A DNA stretch of 64,000 bases, from positions 64,001 through 128,000 of IMG/VR virus record IMGVR_UViG_3300042691_053485. The stretch is one strand, 5' to 3'. The notes below the pieces were generated by a model. That model ran no database searches, had not been told where the DNA came from, and was given only the letters and a program-made list of their open reading frames with translations. The DNA comes from a virus. Positions 9,734 to 18,300 of this stretch are shown in pieces. The translations under genes and the position numbers were made by a program. Position 1 is the first letter of the stretch; each line of letters begins with the position of its first letter.

Positions 9734-10519
9734 TTAAAATTCCACTTCACAATTTGGAAGCATAACCTTCAACCTCTTTATTACATTTGTGGGTATCGTA
9801 TTGCCGGACAAATACAACCCTTTCAAATTCTGCAAGTTGACGATAGATTCCGGAAGGCTGCTCAGGTTGTTGTTATACAAGCGCAACCATTCCAAATTCT
9901 GCAAGTTGCCGATGGACTCAGGAAGGCTGCTCAGGTTGTTGTCTTCCAAATACAACTCTTGCAAATTCTGCAAGTTGCCGATGGATTCCGGAAGGCTGCT
10001 CAGGTTGTTGTTAGTCAAGCGCAACGCTTGCAAATTCTGCAAGTTGCCGATGGATTCAGGAAGGCTGCTCAGCTTGTTGTTACCCAAATTCAACCCTTGC
10101 AAATTCTGCAAGTTGCCGATGGGTTCTGGAAGACTGCTCAGGCTGTTGTTATACAAGCGCAACACTTGCAAATTCTGCAAGTTGCCGATGGATTCAGAAA
10201 GTTCCGACAATCCTTTGCTGTAAAGGTTTATGCTAGTTTTTGACAGCAAAAAACGGAGTGCTTCCACCTTGCTTGTCCGGGGAATACCATCAAGATTATC
10301 CATCCAAAACTGCAAGTCAAAAAGCTCATTTAGCAAAGCATCAATGTCAAACTCCTGACCCTGTGCTACCATGATGGCAAGTTCAATATTATCAGGTATT
10401 CCGGATTTTAGAAGGCTGGTGAGCTTTGATTTTATATCAAACTCCTCCTCTTGTATATTCCCAAAGAAGCCTTCATTTAAACGCTTCTTCATTATTTTAT
10501 TTATTTTGCTTATGTCCAT
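9734..10519 (-). CDS. LRR protein, paralogue E
   Basis: About six near-identical 69-bp/23-aa repeats LSSLPESIGNLQNLxxLxLxxN. Confidence 0.92.
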   Translation of the reverse strand: MDISKINKIMKKRLNEGFFGNIQEEEFDIKSKLTSLLKSGIPDNIELAIMVAQGQEFDIDALLNELFDLQFWMDNLDGIPRTSKVEALRFLLSKTSINLYSKGLSELSESIGNLQNLQVLRLYNNSLSSLPEPIGNLQNLQGLNLGNNKLSSLPESIGNLQNLQALRLTNNNLSSLPESIGNLQNLQELYLEDNNLSSLPESIGNLQNLEWLRLYNNNLSSLPESIVNLQNLKGLYLSGNTIPTNVIKRLKVMLPNCEVEF

Positions 10520-10534
10520 TTTTTTTATGTATTT

Positions 10535-11323
10535 TTAAAATTCCACTTCACAATTTGGAAGTATAGCCTTCAACCTCTTTATTACATTTGTTGGTATCGT
10601 ATTGCCGGACAAATTCAACTCTTCCAAATTCTGCAAGTTGCCGATGGATTCCGGAAGGTTGCTCAGCTTGTTGTTACCCAAATTCAACAATTCCAAATTC
10701 TGCAAGTTGACGATGGATTCAGGAAGGCTGCTCAATAGGTTATTAAACAAATACAACCCTTGCAAATTCTGCAAGTTGCCAATGGATTCAGGCAGGCTGC
10801 TCAGCTTGTTGCCACTCAAATCCAACTCTTTCAAATTCTGCAAGTTACCGATAGATTCCGGAAGATGGCTTAGGCTATTGTGATTCAAATTCACAGATTT
10901 CAAATTCTGCAAGTTTCCAATCGATTCAGGCAGGCTGCTCAGGTTGTTGTTATCCAAATACAACACTTTCAGCTTCTGCAAGTTGCCGATAGATTCAGGC
11001 AGTGCTGACAATCCTTTGCGGGAAAGGTCTATGATAGCTCTTGACAACAAAAAACGGAGAGCTTCAGATTTGCTTGTTTGGGGAATGTTATCAAGATTTT
11101 TCATCCAAAACTTCAAGTTATAAATCTCTTCTGCCAAGGCATCAATATCAAAATCTTGCCCTTGAGCTATCATGAACGCAAGCTCAATGTTATCAGGTGT
11201 TCCGGATTTTAGAAGGCTGGTGAGTTTTGACTTTATATCAAACTCATCTTCCTCTTGTATGTTCCCAAAGAAGCCTTCATTCAAACGCTTCTTCATTATT
11301 TCGTTAAGTTTATTTAAATTCAT
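10535..11323 (-). CDS. LRR protein, paralogue F
   Basis: Same architecture as E; shared C-cap SGNTIPTNVIKRLK..LPNCEVEF. Confidence 0.92.
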   Translation of the reverse strand: MNLNKLNEIMKKRLNEGFFGNIQEEDEFDIKSKLTSLLKSGTPDNIELAFMIAQGQDFDIDALAEEIYNLKFWMKNLDNIPQTSKSEALRFLLSRAIIDLSRKGLSALPESIGNLQKLKVLYLDNNNLSSLPESIGNLQNLKSVNLNHNSLSHLPESIGNLQNLKELDLSGNKLSSLPESIGNLQNLQGLYLFNNLLSSLPESIVNLQNLELLNLGNNKLSNLPESIGNLQNLEELNLSGNTIPTNVIKRLKAILPNCEVEF

Positions 11324-13116
11324 TTGCAGTTAAAAATTTCTCTGTCTCTATTGTATTTTTGTTGTTCAAGTTGGAAATTGCAACGAATTTCGTGTAGGCA
11401 AAGTGCTCTATTGTGAAGTCTGAAATCTGCAATTCCACCAATAAAAGAACCTGCAAAGGCATCTTCAATGTATCCACATCGACCATTGTGAGGTGGGATA
11501 TTAATACAATTAGTTACACACCAAGAACTTACGCCGTTACCAATCAAAACTGCATCAAGTTTGTCGAGAGACGCAAGAACTTCAATTTTTAGTCCTTGCC
11601 CACATCCCTTTGTGTATGGTGTCAGCTTTATTTGCCCATGTCTTCTAGGTATAACCATCTCTAAAAATGTTTCAATAAGTTCGGGTTCGGAAATCGAAAG
11701 CGGCGGACTCTTAAATTCGATGCCATTTACAATAACACCGTTGAAAACACATGGATTCACAAATGATGTCACATAATTACAGGCTGTGTAACCTGTTAAT
11801 CCATACCCCTCAGTTAAACCGGAAAATGTGTAGCTTTCGAGAAGTCCCTGTGTGCCCCCACCTATTGAGATATTGAATGGCACTCCAAGTTGTTTATCCG
11901 GATGTTCATCAAGTTCGTATGGAATGAATTCGGGGAATCCATCAAGCTTCACTTTTAAGAAACCATCTACAAATATAGATAGTTCCCCAAAAGCAATTCT
12001 ATATCCTATACATTCTGTAGTTTCGTATGGTTTGAATCTATAGGCTACATGATGCCACTTATCATCTTCGATAATACCCGGCTTGCTATAAAATTCTTCA
12101 ACAATAGGAGTTCCCGAAAACATAATCGACTCGCCAACTAACTTGCATTCTCCTGTCGTTGTTAGGATTCTAACACCTATTTCACCTTCATCTGTCACTC
12201 GAAATCCCATTGCATTGTTTATAACACCCTCACAACAATCTGAAAAATCACCTGTGGAATTTGTGCTTCCTGTCGAACAAAAAACATTTCTTCTTGTATA
12301 GTATAGGAATGAGTTTCCGCTTGGTTGGAAGGCTTCTTCTGTGACAGGGGTTGCAAGAGGTATTCCTGTACAAGTAGTGAGTCCTGAAATGGCAGGAAAC
12401 ATACAAAACTTATTTTCAGCCCTTGTTCCCCAAAAATAAAAAATACCCTTATTGTCAGGATATACTTCGTTTAATTGGTACTTATCAGGACATGTTGATT
12501 TTTGTGTAACTTCAGTTTCCCAAATTTCAGTAATAATGATGTCTTCACCTGAAATATTGACAATTTCGGTTGTTTCCCCTGTTACAATTACTGTTTCACC
12601 TGTTGGGCAATTAGACTTCTTCAGCCAAAACTCTTTAGTCCAACCGAACTGATAAAAATTCGGAAGAACATTATATTCATACCCATGAAGCCTATAAAAC
12701 CCTTGGAAAAATCCCCCACAAAATTGGATGTGTTCAGGTTCTACCCCATAAGCAGGTATGTATTCCATTTCATAGCAATAGACATCACCTGAAACGCGCG
12801 GCAAACAAAATGTTGTATCCCCTGAAGGGTTGAAAGTTTCTCCGGTCCAAGCATCAACAAATCTGTTATCGTAGCCATTTAGCCCAATATCACAAATATC
12901 ACCATCAAAAGAAGTTGCGTCACTCCATTTGAAGTTGTCACTACAAATTCTTTCGAGGTTATTGAAGTCAAATTGGGCAATAACATCTCCTGTTATAAGG
13001 ACATTACAATTGAAACAATCTGTTTGTTTGTCCATTGAAAGATAAAAATCCCAATAGTTACACCCTAAAAGCTTCAAATCGAAGTGATTGTTTATGTTCT
13101 TTTGAATATTACTCAC
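11320..13116 (-). CDS. Cys-rich LamG/concanavalin-like protein, probably virion-associated
   Basis: DDKWHHVAYRF, FVDGFL, GSFIGGIADFRLHNRALC; GTG start after a TATTTATA motif. Confidence 0.7.
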   Translation of the reverse strand: MSNIQKNINNHFDLKLLGCNYWDFYLSMDKQTDCFNCNVLITGDVIAQFDFNNLERICSDNFKWSDATSFDGDICDIGLNGYDNRFVDAWTGETFNPSGDTTFCLPRVSGDVYCYEMEYIPAYGVEPEHIQFCGGFFQGFYRLHGYEYNVLPNFYQFGWTKEFWLKKSNCPTGETVIVTGETTEIVNISGEDIIITEIWETEVTQKSTCPDKYQLNEVYPDNKGIFYFWGTRAENKFCMFPAISGLTTCTGIPLATPVTEEAFQPSGNSFLYYTRRNVFCSTGSTNSTGDFSDCCEGVINNAMGFRVTDEGEIGVRILTTTGECKLVGESIMFSGTPIVEEFYSKPGIIEDDKWHHVAYRFKPYETTECIGYRIAFGELSIFVDGFLKVKLDGFPEFIPYELDEHPDKQLGVPFNISIGGGTQGLLESYTFSGLTEGYGLTGYTACNYVTSFVNPCVFNGVIVNGIEFKSPPLSISEPELIETFLEMVIPRRHGQIKLTPYTKGCGQGLKIEVLASLDKLDAVLIGNGVSSWCVTNCINIPPHNGRCGYIEDAFAGSFIGGIADFRLHNRALCLHEIRCNFQLEQQKYNRDREIFNCK

Positions 13117-13133
13117 ACTTTTAAATATTTAAT

Positions 13134-13141
13134 TATAAATA
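13134..13141 (-). promoter_or_regulatory. TATTTATA putative late promoter (LamG-LRR operon)
   Basis: Exact motif 18 nt upstream of 13116. Confidence 0.6.
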
Positions 13142-13191
13142 GCTACAAAAAGCTGTGAAATTCGATGAATTTCAAGATTAGTGTTTTACAG

Positions 13192-13314
13192 TTAGACTGC
13201 CGGCGTGCTACACACCTCTATCGAGTACTGAAATTCCCCGACTTCTTGTGATATGACATATTTACATTGTTGCAGCTGCTTTTTAGTTTTTTTGACCTCT
13301 TGTTTCTCTGTCAT
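13192..13314 (-). CDS. Possible 40-aa small protein
   Basis: MTEKQEVKKTKKQLQQCKYVISQEVGEFQYSIEVCSTPAV; a TATTTATA motif at 13401-13408 lies on the same strand. Confidence 0.35.
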   Translation of the reverse strand: MTEKQEVKKTKKQLQQCKYVISQEVGEFQYSIEVCSTPAV

Positions 13315-13443
13315 GATTGCCAAATAATGCCGTACAGGAAACTTAATTAATTCGCCTAAGTTTAAAAACTAGCAATGTAACTGCCTTTTTAGATTACTAT
13401 TATAAATATATTACTTTGCACAACGATTACACCAATTTTCAAC

Positions 13444-13451
13444 TATTTATA
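13444..13451 (+). promoter_or_regulatory. TATTTATA putative late promoter
   Basis: Exact motif upstream of 13475. Confidence 0.6.
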
Positions 13452-13474
13452 TAAACATATTCAATACAATAATT

Positions 13475-13993
13475 ATGAGCAAGATTTTAAAAATTTCCGA
13501 AGAAATGGGTAATAAACTAATGAAAGAGATTATCGATGCCGATGGCTCAATCATTAATGGTGATAAGAACGACAGCGACACCGAAATTCGGACAAATTAT
13601 TATAAGAAAAGTGGAAGACCACAAACTTCTGATGATTTCGCAAAAGAGGCAGGGCAAGATAGCAAATGGTACTATTATCATCGTGGGTATTCCTATGGTG
13701 TTGCAGAGAGTGAGATAAAGGAAGAGGAAATTATCAGTGGTAAGAATGATACAGATATTTTGAATAAAGATATAACTGTTATACCAAACCTTAAAGAACT
13801 TACTAAAAGCTATCAAAAGCCCGATTTGGAGGCGATTGTGAAGAAAATGATAAATCTTGTGAATAGTTTTGCTTCAGATGATATTGAAGGGCAAGATATA
13901 CAGGCAATTGTTTTAAAGGAGATAATTAAGAAATTGCCGTTAAATGGGTTGAGACCCGAACAGAAGCGCGAGCTAAAATCGTTATTCAAATAA
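13475..13993 (+). CDS. Hypothetical protein with ISEE leader
   Basis: 172 aa, begins MSKILKISEE. Confidence 0.75.
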   Translation: MSKILKISEEMGNKLMKEIIDADGSIINGDKNDSDTEIRTNYYKKSGRPQTSDDFAKEAGQDSKWYYYHRGYSYGVAESEIKEEEIISGKNDTDILNKDITVIPNLKELTKSYQKPDLEAIVKKMINLVNSFASDDIEGQDIQAIVLKEIIKKLPLNGLRPEQKRELKSLFK

Positions 13994-14355
13994 TGGAATT
14001 TTTTATCAGACAAAAAGCCACAATGCCTAAACTAGAGCTTGAATTGGTAGAGGACGGTTTTGGCAAAAACTCCAACTATGAGGAGAAAATACAAAATGCA
14101 GTCGTCACATTTTCTATGGAAAATGTTGAAAACTGCCAAAGGGTGATTATTTGCCGTCCGATGGATGTAATTGAAGACGATTGCGGTTCACCTTGTGGTA
14201 ATTGTAATCGAAAATTCAAGTTGGTTTATCCTTGGAGGGAACGTGACACAAAAAATGCAGGTAGGTTCATTGGTAAGGTCGAGATAGACTTTTTAGATGG
14301 CTGTGGTAAACTGATTGTACCAATCAAAGAAGATTTATTTATCAATATTATATGA
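13993..14355 (+). CDS. BppU-like Ig-fold virion protein
   Basis: FFIRQKAT.P.LEL...AVVTFSM...YPW..RDT..AGRFIGKVEIDF pattern. Confidence 0.55.
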   Translation: MEFFIRQKATMPKLELELVEDGFGKNSNYEEKIQNAVVTFSMENVENCQRVIICRPMDVIEDDCGSPCGNCNRKFKLVYPWRERDTKNAGRFIGKVEIDFLDGCGKLIVPIKEDLFINII

Positions 14356-15344
14356 TTCAAAAGAAGTTTTTAATTTCTGAGGAAATGTCCAAAAGAATTT
14401 TTGAAGGTTCTTTGGATTTTCAGAAACAGCGAATTGCAACAAATGTTTACCATGAGATTCTCGATTTCCTTATAGAGGTCAATCAAACAATTGATATGTC
14501 AAAAGATGGGACATCTCATGAGATAGTATTTCGATTGGATTCATACAATGGGTTTGTGCTTAGTTTAGACTTTGTTTTAAGTAACAGTAGTGCAAACGGC
14601 TCATTTACCCCACCTGATACTATCACACTTTATTTAAAACCATTAGCAGAAACTGAAACATCGACATATCGTTATCGAACTCTTCATAACTTATTTTCAA
14701 ATTCTGATATAAGGTCAACTTTTATCCATGAGTTTACACACCTTATGGATGAAACACGTGCCAATAATAAAATTTTTGACTTGGGGTATCTAAAATTTTA
14801 TAGAAGTTTAGAACAACTAGCTGAAGAATCTGAAACGGCTTATGAAGGATTCTATGTAGAATATTTAGATTTATTAAAACAGGTTGAGAGAATTTATAAA
14901 AAATATAAAAAGGGTGGGAGGATTAAAAGTAATATTTATCTTCCAATGGTGGAAAAACCGAATCGTGAGGATTATGAAGATGAGGAAGAATTTAACTATG
15001 TTAGAGAAAGATATATTGACTCATTTAAAATCTACCTTTTTCATAATGCAGAAGTAAATGCTAGATTTCATTCGGTTGTCAATGAGATTATTTTTAGTTT
15101 AATTTCAGGCTTAAACGATTACAAAAAGAGAGGTGATAGTGAGGAATTAGAATTATGGGCGGAGTTTTTTGTCCATAAAGACTTGAAGTCAGTAATGTCT
15201 GATTTTAAATCTAAAATCAGACGTAAATTTAATAATCTTCTTCCAAGTCCCGAAATCATGAAAAAGCTTTATGGCCGATTCTATGTTATTCTGAGTAAAT
15301 TATCAAAGGCGTATAAAGATTCAGGAGTTGAACTTTTCAAATAA
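14352..15344 (+). CDS. Zincin-like metallopeptidase
   Basis: FIHEFTH with downstream AEVNAR; leader KKFLISEE. Confidence 0.7.
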   Translation: MIQKKFLISEEMSKRIFEGSLDFQKQRIATNVYHEILDFLIEVNQTIDMSKDGTSHEIVFRLDSYNGFVLSLDFVLSNSSANGSFTPPDTITLYLKPLAETETSTYRYRTLHNLFSNSDIRSTFIHEFTHLMDETRANNKIFDLGYLKFYRSLEQLAEESETAYEGFYVEYLDLLKQVERIYKKYKKGGRIKSNIYLPMVEKPNREDYEDEEEFNYVRERYIDSFKIYLFHNAEVNARFHSVVNEIIFSLISGLNDYKKRGDSEELELWAEFFVHKDLKSVMSDFKSKIRRKFNNLLPSPEIMKKLYGRFYVILSKLSKAYKDSGVELFK

Positions 15345-15369
15345 AAAAGGCGGCTTTTAGCCGCCTTTT
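15345..15369. terminator. Bidirectional intrinsic terminator
   Basis: AAAAGGCGGC-TTTTA-GCCGCCTTTT between convergent genes. Confidence 0.85.
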
Positions 15370-15372
15370 GTC

Positions 15373-18300
15373 TTATCCAAATCTGTAGGGTGGGTTCTCG
15401 GGGTCTAAAATGACCATCCCACCAATTTCTCTCAATACTTGTTTTCCAATGATACTTCGTTCTCCTTCAGATGGTTCATTTCCTTTGCGATATGAATTTT
15501 CTTTGGGATTAAAAATATACATTTCTTCAATGTTAACGTCTTGATAGTCAAATGGTGAATTAGGGGACATATTAGCGAGTTCCCAAAATTCGTATTCATC
15601 TTCCGTGATAATCATCAATTCGTTGATGTCCTGCTGTTTATCCTCTTTCTTATCAAGCGGATATCCGTGAACAAGTTGTATTTCTTCATCAAGAAAGTAG
15701 GCACGTTCGTTTGCACTTCTTTTGTACTTTTTGTTTGGGGATGGAATTTTATCCCTAACATCCGGGTGGAAGATAATCCATAAGTTTGAAATTGACTTGT
15801 TAAATAAGTCTAGGTATTTCTTTGGATTGTACTTGATTTTAGAATCCAATTTTTCAACCGGAACATAACTACAGTAGAGTTTATCAGACTTTAAAACTAC
15901 ATCAATTGCATACCTCTCAGCTTCTTTTTTTGTTGCTTTAATTGTCCGAAATGAGAACTCTATCTTATCCGCTGTATCAATTTCATCAATTTCATCTTCT
16001 TTTGAAGTTTTCACCCTTTTTGTACCATCTGTAGTTTCGGTATGTACCATTTTATTATTAAAATTGAAGTAACCTGCTTCATAACCTTTGATGACCTCTT
16101 TCTTAAACTCCTCACGGCTAGTTTCAATTTTCGATTTAAATTCCTTGACTTTCGTGTCAAAGTGGTCTTTATCGTTTAGAATAAAGTGACCAATTACATT
16201 TTTAACCGTTTCTCTGTCTTTTCCACCACTTGTATCGTCATCGTTGATGTAGTGTATCCAGTCCCCAACCTGAACATCTAAGTTAAGTTTTACGGCTAAC
16301 TCCATGTGTGCTTGCTTTGCATATCGACCCTCTTTAACTCCTTTTTGGTAATCACCAACAGGATTATGAATATCGTAAGATTTAGATACCCTTTTCTTGT
16401 TCGTAATATGCCTTGCAAGAATTTCCCCATTATTAATCTTACTTATATGAGTATAGTACGCATCGAGTAGCTCTTCAGGTTTATTTAAGAATGCTTTAAT
16501 GATATGATTGTCGTAAAAGTCCACAATGTAGGCATTTTTACCCTTATTTACAAGTGCCCCTCCAACATGTGAGATGCTATATTTTCCATCTTTATCCTTT
16601 TTAAGGGATGAGAAATTGCCCTTTGCAAGATTAATACAAGACTCTGCATATTCATCGATAGCAACCCCGGTGTAACCAATCATAAACTTATCATTATACT
16701 CCGCCACAAATGCTTCAACACCTTCATAATGCTTATCCTTTTCCGTAAGCCAACTTTTTCCTGTACCGCGATATTGATATGTCTCGATACCATCAGGAAT
16801 TACAAAGTTTGCACCATCGGTATGAAAATATACAATTTTAAAGCCTGCTTTACCGAAATATTCAATCATGTGGCGCATGTTCTGACGACTTGCACAAGTA
16901 ATATGCCAGGCACTTTGAATATGGCAGAACGGGGAAACGTCAGGTGCACCCAACATTCCATAGAAGCTATTAATAAGAATCTTTAGCGGAAGCTGCTTTT
17001 TGTCATAAAGCTGCTCATTCGCTCTATCACCCTTCTTTTTAGCTGCATTTTTCATGTCTTTATACATGAGTCGGCTTCGAAGTGCATATTCTAGAACCGC
17101 CTTATATACATTTGTAGTGTCTATATCCGGACGCTTACAGTGTGCTAAGAATGTCGCTGGGTATTGTGAAGAAAAGTCAATCTTTACAATACGTTGATGG
17201 AACCCTGAATCGACCATTCCAAGCAAACCCCCTGTATATTTTCTTGGTTTCTCATAATCGGGGATTGCAGCACAGTTCAAATATGACCATGCAGATAATA
17301 TCAACTTCCATACCGTTGCATTTCCGGTTGTTGCAACCTTTTCATAACTTGTCGGCAACCATTTCGACAGCGAAAATGTTGCTTGAGAATATAATTTGTC
17401 TAAAAGGTATGGCTCTTCCAAGTCATCCTCCAAATATCTTTGAATTATATATGACCCGGTAACTATTGCATACTTGTCAAAATTTGCATTTTTGTAGATG
17501 TTTCTAACATCCTTAACATTTTCAGCAAATTCAAGACGTTTTTGTACAAAATAGTCCCAAATTCTCTTATTAGACCTTAGATACCACCCCATGCCATCTA
17601 TAGGCACAACTATCTCATCAAAGTCTGCACACTTTGTGTATAATAATTCAAATTGCTCATCCAAATGTTTTTTAGCGGCATCAAAGGAAACTTCTGAAAT
17701 CGCTACAGATTTACCATTCACATCTAAATGTAAATTGATGGTGAAGACGTTGGTGCATAAATTCAAAGGAAGTTCATTAAACTCATTGGAACACTTCACA
17801 TACAACTTTGATAAGTTTCCATAGTATAATCCTGATAAACCATCATGAATTTTACCTGCATCAAAAAGTTTCTCCTTTTGAATTTTTTTTGACATCAAAA
17901 GATATGACCCATCTTCATCTGAAAAGTAATATGGATTTGTTTCAGCCGCAATTTTACCAATACTATCACCCGAAACATAAACCCTATTCTTCTTAGCAAG
18001 TTTTGCATGGATGATATTATCCTTCAGTTTGGAATTCGGAAGCGATTTATCTTGTTCTGCTGCACGCTTTACGGCATACATAACATCACAGATGTTTCGC
18101 CCAAACATTTTTGTTTGGGTATATTGCTCTGTTCCATTTCCAATCTTTACAACAGAGTTTTCTCGTTTCTGATAGAGGAAAACCGGAAAGACATTTCCAT
18201 ATTTTTCAAAGTAGGGAGCAATAATCTCTCGGATGAATTGTACAGCCGTGCTTTTCTTACTCCCATCTTGAGATTTCTCTTCAGCAACACAACCAAGAAG

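Larger units (their letters stand above)
9143..11323 (-). repeat. Tandem triplication of LRR genes with internal 69-bp repeats
   Basis: Near-identical 5' ~150 nt in three consecutive genes (MDISKINKIMKKRL(D/N)EGFF...FDIKSKLTSLLKSG); 69-bp period inside E and F. Confidence 0.9.

Noticed and set aside
3993-10883. Long antisense or alternate-frame ORFs over the LRR genes (3993-4604, 9789-10223, 9959-10243, 10602-10883)
   Set aside because: Shadows of the 69-bp repeats, which lack stops in other frames.
9780-11000. 69-bp periodic repeats as a CRISPR array
   Set aside because: They are in-frame coding LRR units without unique spacers; no cas genes are present.
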